Source: a virus
Lineage: Duplodnaviria; Caudoviricetes
Strand: one strand, 5' to 3'
DNA length: 64,000 nucleotides
IMG/VR virus record: IMGVR_UViG_3300024219_000003
Span: 1,300 to 65,299 of that record
Under the pieces are notes generated by a model, which was not told the DNA's origin, ran no database searches, and worked only from the letters and a program-made list of their open reading frames with translations. Shown piece by piece: positions 36,643 to 45,190 of the stretch (positions are counted from its first letter, which is position 1; each line of letters begins with the position of its first letter). Both the position numbers and the translations under genes were made by a program.

Positions 36643-37439
36643 GCGACGGCCAGACCCTCATCGGGTTCGACGCGGCCCAAGATGTAACACGCATCCTTAG
36701 GATTGCGAAGGCGGCGGGAATTGCCTGGGTAGGTCGCTACTATTCATTCAATGCTAAAAAGAACCTGACCGCAGCAGAGGCGAAAGCGATCCTGGACGCT
36801 GGGCTCGACATTGTGACGGTGTGGGAAGCGCGGGGAGATAAGTGGGACTCGTTCTTTCGCGATAATGGTACACGCGAAGCTACTGCCGCGCTGGCACAGG
36901 CCAAGGAATGCGGTCAGCCATCGAACACCTGCATCTACTTTGCGGTTGATTTTGATGCCCGTTCCTCCGAAATATCGCAGAATGTAATCCCCTATTTCGA
37001 CGCCATCAACGCCGCCCTCGCTGGTCATTATAAGATCGGTGTCTACGGCAGTGGACTCGTTTGCTCGGAACTCGATTCTGCTGGGCTCGTGTCCTACGAT
37101 TGGCTTTCCGGGGCGATGGGGTGGCAAGGTTCACGAGCCTATGCCAACGCGCACCTGACCGAGATCGAACAAGGTGGCGCGGCTGACCCTTGGGGATTTG
37201 GTTTCAATGTGGACCGGAACACGGCACCTGTCGGGAGAGACTTTGGTTCATGGCTTGGTGGTAGCTTGCCATCTCCTACACCAGCGCCGCCGCGCAACGT
37301 GATCGACGAAATCCTTAGCTACGCCCGCTTCCACGATGGGGTGTACGCTTACCAGGAGAAACGTGGTCTCGCACTGGATGGCACAATCGGGAAGAACACG
37401 CTGCGGCAGATCGGAATTGATATGGCCGGGAAGAAATGA
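36639..37439 (+). CDS. endolysin (DUF1906/GH25-like with C-terminal PG-binding remnant)
   Basis: WVGRYY...KNLTAAEA...IYFAVDFD...IGVYGSG; LDGTIGKNT. Confidence 0.85.
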   Translation: MSDGQTLIGFDAAQDVTRILRIAKAAGIAWVGRYYSFNAKKNLTAAEAKAILDAGLDIVTVWEARGDKWDSFFRDNGTREATAALAQAKECGQPSNTCIYFAVDFDARSSEISQNVIPYFDAINAALAGHYKIGVYGSGLVCSELDSAGLVSYDWLSGAMGWQGSRAYANAHLTEIEQGGAADPWGFGFNVDRNTAPVGRDFGSWLGGSLPSPTPAPPRNVIDEILSYARFHDGVYAYQEKRGLALDGTIGKNTLRQIGIDMAGKK

Positions 37440-37581
37440 TCCGCCGGTATTATTACTGGGATGACGGACGGATACGTGATGAATATCTCGTGCTGTTGGG
37501 ACTCTCAATCCGCGACGGGTGGTTTCCTCTTGCGCTGATTGTGGGCGCTCTCGCTGCGCCATTTCTGAAAGGATGAGCAAC

Positions 37582-37956
37582 ATGAACCCGTCGCAGGAGC
37601 AGGTAAAGAGCGCCTTCCGCACTCTTATCGCCACAGGTGGCGGGATGCTGGCTGGGTGGGCTATCGGCAAAGGGTGGATCACTCAGGACCAAGCGGCGGC
37701 GATCCTGTCGAATCAAGAAGTCATCGGAGCGGTGACGGCAATCTTGCTGGCCATTGTCGGCTCACTCGGATCGGCGGGGGCCGGCATCTGGGGTCTGATT
37801 GCCCACAAACAGGTCAATGTCGTCGCTACCGTCGCCGCGATGCCCGAAGTCGCGAAGGTCGAGACAATGCGGACGACGGAAGGGGTCAAGCTGGCAGCCG
37901 ATATTCAAGCCGCGGGGCCGGCGCCTGGGGCGGTTGTTGCCGTTGCTGGGGCGTAA
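37582..37956 (+). CDS. putative holin
   Basis: Multiple hydrophobic helices directly after the endolysin. Confidence 0.65.
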   Translation: MNPSQEQVKSAFRTLIATGGGMLAGWAIGKGWITQDQAAAILSNQEVIGAVTAILLAIVGSLGSAGAGIWGLIAHKQVNVVATVAAMPEVAKVETMRTTEGVKLAADIQAAGPAPGAVVAVAGA

Positions 37957-37967
37957 GGAGAATCACG

Positions 37968-38063
37968 ATGTGGTGGCTCATCGGAGGCGGTTTAATTTTC
38001 GGGGCGATCATCGGATATGTCTGGATGGCCGATGCCGGGCAGGGACATGCTAACGGGCTTTGA
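37968..38063 (+). CDS. small membrane peptide
   Basis: AAGGAG RBS; MWWLIGGGLIFGAIIGYVW. Confidence 0.5.
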   Translation: MWWLIGGGLIFGAIIGYVWMADAGQGHANGL

Positions 38064-38074
38064 GGAGAACTGAA

Positions 38075-38233
38075 ATGACAGCGGGCATCTGGTTCTGGAT
38101 CATCTATGTCCTGTCGATCCTGCTCACAGGATATTGGTGGTGGCCGTTTAACGCAGATAGGGGACCATCGCTTCTGGTCTATATTCTGATCGGCCTTTTA
38201 GGCTGGGGTATCTTCGGGGCGCCGATACGATGA
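38075..38233 (+). CDS. small 2-TM protein
   Basis: GAGGAG RBS; MTAGIWFWIIYVL...LLGWGIFGAPIR. Confidence 0.6.
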   Translation: MTAGIWFWIIYVLSILLTGYWWWPFNADRGPSLLVYILIGLLGWGIFGAPIR

Positions 38234-38380
38234 GCTTATTGACAGGGCGACTTTGAGATGGCCGCTGCGCCGCTTCAGTCCGCTCGGACGCGCGGTTGTC
38301 ATGTGGATGCTCGTGGCGGTTGTGGTGCTGACGATCTGGGCGCTGATCCCGTCGTGCTACGGCGTAGGGAGTTGTGAGCC

Positions 38381-38470
38381 ATGAGGCTCGGGGATTATCT
38401 GGCCTGGGGTGTCGTGCTGGTGATCGTTCTTGTCGTAATCGTGCTTGGATTTGGGAAACAGAAACCATGA
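38381..38470 (+). CDS. small membrane peptide
   Basis: MRLGDYLAWGVVLVIVLVVIVLGFGKQKP. Confidence 0.45.
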   Translation: MRLGDYLAWGVVLVIVLVVIVLGFGKQKP

Positions 38471-38688
38471 CCCTACATTCTTCGACCTTCGAGTACCTGA
38501 AGCCGACCGACGCGCAGATGGCGTTGATGGCGACGGTTCGTGGAGAGTTTGCCGCTTTCGCAAGTTCTCTCGACGCCGTGCTGCCGGACGGTCCCGACAA
38601 AACCTATCTGCTGCGACAGCTTCGAGAGTGTGCGATGTGGGCAAACATCGCGCTCACTCGCAACCCAGATGGGAGTCCGCGTACATGA
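38467..38688 (+). CDS. Acb2/Tad1-like helical-hairpin protein
   Basis: FEYLKPT...LPDGPDKTYLLRQLRECAMWANIALTR. Confidence 0.6.
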   Translation: MTLHSSTFEYLKPTDAQMALMATVRGEFAAFASSLDAVLPDGPDKTYLLRQLRECAMWANIALTRNPDGSPRT

Positions 38689-38954
38689 ACCATCTTCGCG
38701 CCGCCGCCGTCGCCATTCCGCTCGCCCTCGTCGCGTGTACGCCGCAGCAGACGGCCGCTCTCCAGCGTTACCAGGATCAAATCGCCGGGGCGTGCAGCCT
38801 CGCAATGACGCTGGCGCCGATGGCAGGGCCGGCTGGCGCATGGATCATCGGCGGTTGCGCGACGGAGACGGCCGTTGCGCGGCTTGCGCTCGATCCGTCA
38901 AGCCTCGCATGGCTGAACGGGATTGTCGCGCGACTGCGGGGCATGAACCGCTGA
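38685..38954 (+). CDS. lipoprotein (spanin candidate)
   Basis: Lipobox LVA|C after a hydrophobic stretch. Confidence 0.6.
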   Translation: MNHLRAAAVAIPLALVACTPQQTAALQRYQDQIAGACSLAMTLAPMAGPAGAWIIGGCATETAVARLALDPSSLAWLNGIVARLRGMNR

Positions 38955-38976
38955 CCCTTGTACCCGTTTACAGCCT

Positions 38977-39297
38977 ATGAGACGCTTGCCCAAATGGTCG
39001 CCCTGGACCCTCGCTCCACCTTGGGCGCGCGCTATACACAAGGAGCAGATCGAACAACGTAAACTCTTGGAGAAAATCATGTCCGACCTTTCCGGCCTCA
39101 CGTCTGCACTCGCCGATCTCAAGACCGAGCTCGGTGAAGTCGCTATCCGCATGGACGAAAATTTTGCTCTGCTGATCGCCGCTCAGAATGGAGGCAATCA
39201 GCCAGCGATCGATGCCGCTGCTGCCGAAGTCCGTGCTGACATCGACGCACTCAAGGCGATGGTGGCCCGCGATACGCCGGTTGCCCCGACGCCGTAA
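38977..39297 (+). CDS. coiled-coil hypothetical protein
   Basis: Last ORF before tRNA; start uncertain (38977 or 39079). Confidence 0.5.
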   Translation: MRRLPKWSPWTLAPPWARAIHKEQIEQRKLLEKIMSDLSGLTSALADLKTELGEVAIRMDENFALLIAAQNGGNQPAIDAAAAEVRADIDALKAMVARDTPVAPTP

Positions 39298-39304
39298 GGA
39301 TCAC

Positions 39305-39382
39305 GCTGGCGTAGCTCAGTTGGCTAGAGCAGTTGCCTTGTAAGCGACAGGTCGCCGGTTCGATTCCGGGCCGTCAGCACCA
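39305..39382 (+). tRNA. tRNA-Thr(UGU)
   Basis: Acceptor GCTGGCG/CGTCAGC, D arm GCTC/GAGC, anticodon loop CT-TGT-AA, TTCGATT T loop, encoded CCA. Confidence 0.92.
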
Positions 39383-39385
39383 ACA

Positions 39386-39420
39386 GAAGCGCCGCTTCCA
39401 TCGGAGGCGGCGTTTTGCTG
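39386..39420 (+). terminator. intrinsic terminator between convergent late and early regions
   Basis: CGCCGCTTCC-ATC-GGAGGCGGCG hairpin followed by TTTTG. Confidence 0.75.
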
Positions 39421-39526
39421 TTAGGGTGGACTCATCATGCTCCCCACCGGACGGCTCCGACGAAGCCGTACCAGGCGAGATAGACCGCCGGGAACCAGAG
39501 GAGCGGCCAGAGGTCGAGGACGGTCA

Positions 39527-40174
39527 TCATCCCACGATCTCTCCTCCCCGCCGTACCCTTCCCGCCCGCTCATCGTCGAACCACTGCTGCATCGCGCCAG
39601 GGACGAGCCTCGCTTCCTCCGACACCGGCTCGTCGGGCATGCCGAGTTCTGGTTCGGTCTCGATGGAAGGGAGGAGGGCGCGGATACATCGCGCGATGGA
39701 TACGCATGCCATATCCCAAGGGGTGCCGCGCTCACATCGCTGTTCAAGCGCAAACGTTGCCGCTTCCTCGATCACTTCCGCGCGACCATCGCGCCCGGGA
39801 GGCCCGCGCAGTGGCGACAGGTCTTCATGTCCCGCGTACTTCACGCAGGTTGTGTGACAAGCCAGGATTGTTGCACATCTGTCGTTAGGGTCTAGGCGAC
39901 ATGGGGTTTTGAATTTATCGTCAACCCAGTTATTCAACTCCGCGCGCAGCCGTTCGCTCTCCGCCAGCGCCTCGTATTTCTCCTCAACGAGGGTGTTTAC
40001 CTGGTCCTGTAGAACATCGGCAGCCTCGGGCTCCCGCCTTCGCTCGGCGACCTCGGCGAGAAGTGCGTCGAGCCAAGCCTCCGTCCTCCCATCGCCCATT
40101 CGGCGCTCCGGCTGTGCCTTGACTGCCGCTCGATGTTGCCGGGCCTCCTCGATCAGCTCCGCTCGATTGGTCAT
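39527..40174 (-). CDS. hypothetical protein
   Basis: MTNRAELIEEAR...; coupled ORF. Confidence 0.55.
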   Translation of the reverse strand: MTNRAELIEEARQHRAAVKAQPERRMGDGRTEAWLDALLAEVAERRREPEAADVLQDQVNTLVEEKYEALAESERLRAELNNWVDDKFKTPCRLDPNDRCATILACHTTCVKYAGHEDLSPLRGPPGRDGRAEVIEEAATFALEQRCERGTPWDMACVSIARCIRALLPSIETEPELGMPDEPVSEEARLVPGAMQQWFDDERAGRVRRGGEIVG

Positions 40175-40386
40175 AGAACCCTCCTCAGAATCCACGCGCA
40201 TACTCCGGCTACACCCGATGTCGCTACAGCCAGGACCGCGCCCGACATCCACCAGCGCCAGAGCGGCGGCAGGCGGCGGATGGTCTTCCCACCCGAGAGC
40301 CCCGTCGGCATCGCCATCGCCATGTGAATTGCCACGCGGGAGGAATGCGCCCGGGTCTTCAGTTCGATCAGGTCTAGGCTTTCCAT
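40171..40386 (-). CDS. hypothetical protein
   Basis: GGAG RBS; follows a repeat site. Confidence 0.45.
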   Translation of the reverse strand: MESLDLIELKTRAHSSRVAIHMAMAMPTGLSGGKTIRRLPPLWRWWMSGAVLAVATSGVAGVCAWILRRVL

Positions 40387-40422
40387 TCCCGCTCCTGTCT
40401 GAGAAATCATGTTATCGGTAAA

Positions 40423-40683
40423 TTAAAGCCGCTCGATCTTAGCGTAGATTTCGTCGAATGCGCCGCGCCACCCTTCTCGCTGCTCGGGGCCGGCATGTGC
40501 CCAAGGGCATCGACGGCTTTCACGAGCACCACGCAACGCCTGCTCGATTGCTATCTGCCTCGCCCCCGCTTCCGCACCCTGGATTAACTCGATCAAGTCG
40601 TTGAGGACTTCCGTATCGGAGTGCGTAAAATTGCCTCGTCGATCGCAGGTGCGAATTTTGTGGAGCAAGTCCAGAGCGTTCAT
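40423..40683 (-). CDS. cassette ORF, hypothetical
   Basis: Bounded by sites 40396 and 40692. Confidence 0.6.
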   Translation of the reverse strand: MNALDLLHKIRTCDRRGNFTHSDTEVLNDLIELIQGAEAGARQIAIEQALRGARESRRCPWAHAGPEQREGWRGAFDEIYAKIERL

Positions 40684-40707
40684 AGTCGTGTGATCCTATA
40701 AAGCCTG

Positions 40708-40920
40708 TTATGAGATCGCCTCGTCGCGCTCAAAGTCGCATTGCCTAACGTGCTCACGATAAGTCTGAACTTTCTCGCCCGGCATTTTCATCGTGACGCG
40801 CTTGTATTGCTCCCCTTGAGCGATGATGCCACGACAGGTCGCACAGACGTAAGACTTGCGTGCTTTGCCAAAGCGCGTTTGGAAAAATTCGGGGCGTTCG
40901 TAATCCTCTTGCCAACTCAT
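40708..40920 (-). CDS. cassette ORF, zinc-finger-like
   Basis: KARKSYVCATCRGIIAQGEQY; stop inside site 40692. Confidence 0.65.
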   Translation of the reverse strand: MSWQEDYERPEFFQTRFGKARKSYVCATCRGIIAQGEQYKRVTMKMPGEKVQTYREHVRQCDFERDEAIS

Positions 40921-40931
40921 TTGGCATCCCC

Positions 40932-41342
40932 TTACCGAGAATGTTGATTATAAGACTTGCCTAGTTGGGTTATTTGCGCCTCGATATAGGCGTGAAGTTT
41001 AGGTGCCCGCCGGGGCAGGTCGGCCAACCCTGTGCCGACACCATCTGATGGGATCACGATGTCCATGCCATCGCGCAGGAGAAGGCGTAGCTTAGAAAAC
41101 GCTCCGTCAATTGCCTCCCTTACCGAGCGATCGACTAGGCAGTCATCCGAGAAATACGCGCTCGGGCGCGTATGAGGTGCCCACTTCGTAGGGATGCCGA
41201 CCGTATTTGGCTCCCCTCTCATGGCTTTGGCTTGGCCACCGAAGCCTTTGCGCTCCATGTTGTCACCAAACACGAAGATCGCTGAGCGGCGGGAACGCAC
41301 TTCCTCGCGGGTGATGAATTTTTGGCGGAGAACCGAAGCCAT
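40932..41342 (-). CDS. cassette ORF, DUF7831/macro-like phage protein
   Basis: IFVFGDNMERKGFGGQAKAMRGEPNTVGIPTK. Confidence 0.65.
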   Translation of the reverse strand: MASVLRQKFITREEVRSRRSAIFVFGDNMERKGFGGQAKAMRGEPNTVGIPTKWAPHTRPSAYFSDDCLVDRSVREAIDGAFSKLRLLLRDGMDIVIPSDGVGTGLADLPRRAPKLHAYIEAQITQLGKSYNQHSR

Positions 41343-41370
41343 CTGGTAAATTGTCCTATAATAACCGTTA

Positions 41371-41589
41371 TCAGCGCCACGTTTCGGCGTAGAGCCAAAC
41401 ATGCATTGCGTTCGCGTGTGGGAACAGCAATTCGTAGACCCCCCACCAGAAGCCGTGCGGCTCGGTAAACCACGTCCGCGTGTCGAGTGGTGTGCCGAAG
41501 ATCGCATGGGCCTGTACGCGCTCAATGGCATCGTTGGCCCACGGCCCGGGTGCGGCGGATAGCATCGTACCGATGAATTGCGGGTCCAT
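41371..41589 (-). CDS. cassette ORF, hypothetical
   Basis: Bounded by sites 41352 and 41590. Confidence 0.55.
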   Translation of the reverse strand: MDPQFIGTMLSAAPGPWANDAIERVQAHAIFGTPLDTRTWFTEPHGFWWGVYELLFPHANAMHVWLYAETWR

Positions 41590-41605
41590 TTACCGACAAA
41601 CCCGG

Positions 41606-42085
41606 TTATCGGCTATTTTCGAGGGTTTGGTAGTAGAACGCATGGAGGAACCCAAGCGGCGTGCCGCCCATCTTCTCGATCATCCACAGCCACAGCGCAC
41701 GACCGGATCGACCGTTGCCATCGGTGAACGGGTGCAGCGTCTCGTACTCGACATGCGCGTGCCACGGCGAAATATCAAAACCATTGATGTCCCGGAGCAG
41801 TTTGTTTAGATCGCCGATTAACTTGGTTCCACCACGCGGCGCGACATGGCTTCCGACTCGGACATTCAGATCGCTGCGATTTCGCAAAACCGCATCGGAC
41901 TGATATACGCCGACAAGTGCCTCAAGTGAGGAGATCATTATCTCAGGGAGCACCAAGAACCGTTCGGTAGCCTCAATCTCGGCATCTGTGGGATCACGGT
42001 AAATCCCTTCAATCGCGTTGCTCTCACGAACAAATTTCGCGAGTTTCACAAAAGGACTGGAGAATCGGTGTTCTGTCTCGATCAT
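41606..42085 (-). CDS. cassette ORF, Fic-domain protein
   Basis: Canonical HPFTDGNGRSGR; N-terminal SNAIEG inhibitory-type motif. Confidence 0.92.
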   Translation of the reverse strand: MIETEHRFSSPFVKLAKFVRESNAIEGIYRDPTDAEIEATERFLVLPEIMISSLEALVGVYQSDAVLRNRSDLNVRVGSHVAPRGGTKLIGDLNKLLRDINGFDISPWHAHVEYETLHPFTDGNGRSGRALWLWMIEKMGGTPLGFLHAFYYQTLENSR

Positions 42086-42106
42086 GGTGCTTTCCTATAA
42101 CCGCAT

Positions 42107-42514
42107 TTATGAGACTGGTCGCCATTCGTGAACGGCCTCGTTGTCATGCTTGACAACGGTGCAGTGCCATCCCCAATGCCGGATGATCGCCGGCATGATG
42201 TGGCCGATGGGTTCGATGACGACGGGTCGGTAGCCAGCTTGGCGAATGACCTCGATGAGACGCGTGAGTGCTCCGCGCTGTTGCTGCCGGGCATAAACCG
42301 CGACAATGCGAATTTCCTTGCGGCCCTCATCGAACGTGATAACGCCATCGTGCCAATCCTCCTTAGAGAAGGGAATTGGCTCGGTCGCGCCGGTCGCACC
42401 ATAGGGAATGATGCCATAGCCCTTCTCGTATTCCAGATCGGACATGCGCCCAATTACCCCGCGCGGATGATTGATGATCCGGTGAATTTCAGCGGCGAGC
42501 TGCGTGGCGTCCAT
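42107..42514 (-). CDS. cassette ORF, possible GNAT-like protein
   Basis: IRIVAVYARQQQRGALTRLIEVI; bounded by sites. Confidence 0.55.
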   Translation of the reverse strand: MDATQLAAEIHRIINHPRGVIGRMSDLEYEKGYGIIPYGATGATEPIPFSKEDWHDGVITFDEGRKEIRIVAVYARQQQRGALTRLIEVIRQAGYRPVVIEPIGHIMPAIIRHWGWHCTVVKHDNEAVHEWRPVS

Positions 42515-42541
42515 GATTGTCCTATAATACCGCTTATGAGA

Positions 42542-42697
42542 TTACGAGCCTTCGGCGTCCTGCATCCGGTCGTCAAAATCGTCGTCGATCGCCTTCTGGA
42601 TGATCTCGGCGACTGCCTGCGTGATGAGGTAGCCACTGCGACCGACCATCTTCATGATCTCGGCCGCCGCGTCCTCGGCTCGCTCACCTGTCACCAT
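42542..42697 (-). CDS. cassette ORF, small acidic protein
   Basis: AGGAGG RBS; MVTGERAEDAAAEIMK. Confidence 0.55.
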   Translation of the reverse strand: MVTGERAEDAAAEIMKMVGRSGYLITQAVAEIIQKAIDDDFDDRMQDAEGS

Positions 42698-42818
42698 CCC
42701 GTCCTCCTATAAGAAACGCCCGTCGCCAGCGCGGGGCCGCCAAGCCCATTCGTGTTTCTCCATTGAATGAACCGCGCCGGTTCGGGGCGCTCCGCAGCGT
42801 CATTGCCGCGAAGCCTGA

Positions 42819-43010
42819 TCATCGATGGTGCCGTGCGATCTCGGCGTCGAAGTCGTCAGCGAGCCGGCGCAGCATGGAACTCATGCGCTGCACGTCTCGG
42901 ACCAACGGTTTTTTGCGATCCCATTTCAGGTCGATGCCCAGGCCATATTGACCCATCGAACACGTCACCGTGCCCTGATACACCGGCTCTGGGCTTTCGT
43001 TGTCAGCCAT
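42819..43010 (-). CDS. cassette ORF, hypothetical
   Basis: Starts just inside site 43022. Confidence 0.5.
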   Translation of the reverse strand: MADNESPEPVYQGTVTCSMGQYGLGIDLKWDRKKPLVRDVQRMSSMLRRLADDFDAEIARHHR

Positions 43011-43046
43011 TTTCGCTCCATTGTCCGATAAGAGACATTCTAGGAA

Positions 43047-43304
43047 TTACCATTCCGCATAAACATGGAGTTCAGCCCCACACGGCAGTCGTTCCAGTTC
43101 ATCGGCCAGCGCGTTCCATAGCGTTTTCCGTTCGGTAAATCCGCCAACAGATGCCCGGTGCATCGCACGCAACACGGGAATTTGGTCGCGCCCAACGCCC
43201 GAGCGTCCGAACGTCTCCTCATACGTCGTCCAATCCGAACTGAGCCCCGGCAGGCTCTTGTCCTTCTTCGGCGCAATGACGCGACACATAATGGAAATGC
43301 CCAT
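43047..43304 (-). CDS. cassette ORF, hypothetical
   Basis: Bounded by sites 43022 and 43308. Confidence 0.6.
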   Translation of the reverse strand: MGISIMCRVIAPKKDKSLPGLSSDWTTYEETFGRSGVGRDQIPVLRAMHRASVGGFTERKTLWNALADELERLPCGAELHVYAEW

Positions 43305-43313
43305 GACGTTCCC

Positions 43314-43520
43314 TTAATCGACTTTATGGGTAAAAGTCGGACCTAGATCGCGCTCTACTAGAGATCCCTCAAAATAGGCATTCAGCATCGCTATCCCTCC
43401 AGCAATCACCAAAGCCACATGGTCTGCAAACGCTCCACCTATAACGAGAACAACACCCACCCAATAAACTATTACGGCAACAATCTCGATTGCCTCTGAC
43501 CGACGCATCCGTTTTATCAT
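43314..43520 (-). CDS. cassette ORF, 2-TM membrane protein
   Basis: IVAVIVYWVGVVLVIGGAF...; bounded by sites. Confidence 0.6.
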   Translation of the reverse strand: MIKRMRRSEAIEIVAVIVYWVGVVLVIGGAFADHVALVIAGGIAMLNAYFEGSLVERDLGPTFTHKVD

Positions 43521-43530
43521 TTGATTTCCC

Positions 43531-43671
43531 TTAATTGATCTTATAGGTAAAAAGCAGCGCCTCACGCTGGGAACGGCCAGCGATCAATTCGTTCTCAGCG
43601 TTCGTGGATTGTCCTCTAGCGGACGCCCCCTGAGAACCATTCACCCGAAGTCTGTCTCGGATGGCGCGCAT
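43531..43671 (-). CDS. cassette ORF, 46-aa peptide
   Basis: ATG directly after site 43672, whose spacer reads AAGGAG; stop inside site 43525. Confidence 0.45.
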   Translation of the reverse strand: MRAIRDRLRVNGSQGASARGQSTNAENELIAGRSQREALLFTYKIN

Positions 43672-43677
43672 TGTCTG

Positions 43678-43932
43678 TTAACTCCTTTTATAAGCGTCGA
43701 AGCGGCGGGGAAGCCCCGGTATTCGTTTGCCTACATCTAGCCCTTGAAAATTGCGATCCGTCGAATTGGTATGGGTGGTCGCGATGTGCATCCGTTCGCC
43801 GGGCACGTTGCGCGCGAATAGGATATTCCAATCTTCGTAGGTCTCCTCCCGCACAGCCGATGTGTAATGCCGGCAGCAACCAACGCCCGGCATACCTTCC
43901 CATGTCACTCGGTAAAACCCTTCTGGGGTCAT
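43678..43932 (-). CDS. cassette ORF, hypothetical
   Basis: Starts and ends in sites. Confidence 0.6.
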   Translation of the reverse strand: MTPEGFYRVTWEGMPGVGCCRHYTSAVREETYEDWNILFARNVPGERMHIATTHTNSTDRNFQGLDVGKRIPGLPRRFDAYKRS

Positions 43933-43947
43933 TTCTCAGAATGCTCC

Positions 43948-44199
43948 TTAACGGACAAAAAGGACGTGGGCCAGCACGCCCAGCGCACAGATCGTCGCGA
44001 TGGCGGCGGCGAGCACGAAGAACGCGAGCACTCGGGAGCCGCCGGTCAGCGCCTGGTCTTCGGTCACGATGAGCCCGCTGGACGTAGCGAGCCGGTCGAT
44101 GTGCTCCCATCTGGCGTCGAGATCGTCGTCGAAGCTGGCCTCGCGGTCTTCGAGGTCATCGGGCCATGAGGCCGGCGTCGGATAGCGGACGAATGTCAT
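43948..44199 (-). CDS. membrane protein
   Basis: C-terminal TM; stop inside site 43932. Confidence 0.55.
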   Translation of the reverse strand: MTFVRYPTPASWPDDLEDREASFDDDLDARWEHIDRLATSSGLIVTEDQALTGGSRVLAFFVLAAAIATICALGVLAHVLFVR

Positions 44200-44606
44200 A
44201 ACTCCTCCGAGCGTTTATGATCGACGCGCAGCAAAGGCCCGCAGGCAGCGATCAGCATGTCGGGATCATTTGCGGGATCACGCAGTTCCGTAAATACGCA
44301 AACAGACCCTAACAACCCCCAACGGACCAATTTACTGATCTGTTCGTCGAGATTGCTGCGATCGACCACCCACTCGCCTCCTTCTTCCTTGGAGGCAACA
44401 ATTTTGGATAGACCACCAACCGCACAAAAATGAAACAACCTGTCGTCTTTTACAGAGCATTTTTCTTCCGATTGATCCGTAAATACGATCTGAAACTTCG
44501 TCTTCAGATCGCTTTGTCGTGCCGATGGTTGAAAAGCCAGCCACATATCTATGGCAACTAATGCGATAAGCAGTCCGGCGAGAGAGAGTTGGATAACACG
44601 GATCAT
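44196..44606 (-). CDS. hypothetical protein with N-terminal TM
   Basis: MIRVIQLSLAGLLIALVAIDMWL. Confidence 0.55.
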   Translation of the reverse strand: MIRVIQLSLAGLLIALVAIDMWLAFQPSARQSDLKTKFQIVFTDQSEEKCSVKDDRLFHFCAVGGLSKIVASKEEGGEWVVDRSNLDEQISKLVRWGLLGSVCVFTELRDPANDPDMLIAACGPLLRVDHKRSEEL

Positions 44607-44779
44607 CGCGTCTTCCCCTCCCCGCACGCCGGCACCGTCAGCCCGCGCTTGATCTGGACCCACGTGAACCCGGGGAAGTCGGGCATCAGCGTTCGGTATA
44701 TCTCGCGCTCGTCGTAACGCTTATCGACCGCCGCGTTTGCCCGGCGCAGGATCTCGTCGAAGGTGGCCTTGTCGATCAT
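44603..44779 (-). CDS. small hypothetical protein
   Basis: ATGA-coupled on both sides. Confidence 0.45.
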   Translation of the reverse strand: MIDKATFDEILRRANAAVDKRYDEREIYRTLMPDFPGFTWVQIKRGLTVPACGEGKTR

Positions 44780-45024
44780 CGCCGGGCCTCGATAAGACCG
44801 TCGATCAATCGTGAAGCTACAGCTCCCGATAATTCGTCCGGCATTTGTGATAACGTTTCCTCAACGACGACGATCAGCGTGCGCAGCTTCCGCTCGCTCT
44901 CGGCGGCGCGTGACCCGGCGGCGATGAGACGGTCGGCCATTGTCGTGTCCGCCGCCTTCACGCCAGCCTCGAAACAAGCGTTCGCTGTGGCTGCCGTCTC
45001 TTTGATCTGGTCGATGATGTCCAT
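44776..45024 (-). CDS. hypothetical protein
   Basis: First leftward ORF; no HTH/S24 features. Confidence 0.55.
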   Translation of the reverse strand: MDIIDQIKETAATANACFEAGVKAADTTMADRLIAAGSRAAESERKLRTLIVVVEETLSQMPDELSGAVASRLIDGLIEARR

Positions 45025-45121
45025 TCTCTATCTCCGTGCCGCTGCGCCAGGCTCGGGTCTGAGGGAACCCGGCGACCGCCCGAGGGGATCAGGCAGGGCG
45101 CGGCGACGGGTGAATAGTGCG

Positions 45122-45174
45122 GCGAGATTTTCGCTGTGGCAAGCGATTTTTTCGCTTGTTAGCGATTTTTTCGC
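45122..45174. promoter_or_regulatory. three tandem operators GCGA-N5-TCGC
   Basis: GCGAGATTTTCGC 45122, GCGATTTTTTCGC 45143 and 45162, in the divergent intergenic region. Confidence 0.75.
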
Positions 45175-45190
45175 GTGCTAGGGTTCCGCC

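Larger units (their letters stand above)
40396..43957. repeat. left array: 12 dif-like pseudo-palindromic sites
   Basis: 26-bp sites starting at 40396, 40692, 40932, 41352, 41590, 42091, 42518, 43022, 43308, 43525, 43672, 43932, e.g. TGTCCTATAA-TACCGC-TTATGAGATT. Confidence 0.9.

Noticed and set aside
39305-39382. tRNA as a prophage attachment site
   Set aside because: Phage genes lie on both sides, no duplicated 3' fragment was found, and there is no host DNA
42701-42715. Additional site at CCTATAA 42707
   Set aside because: Only one arm is present; not counted
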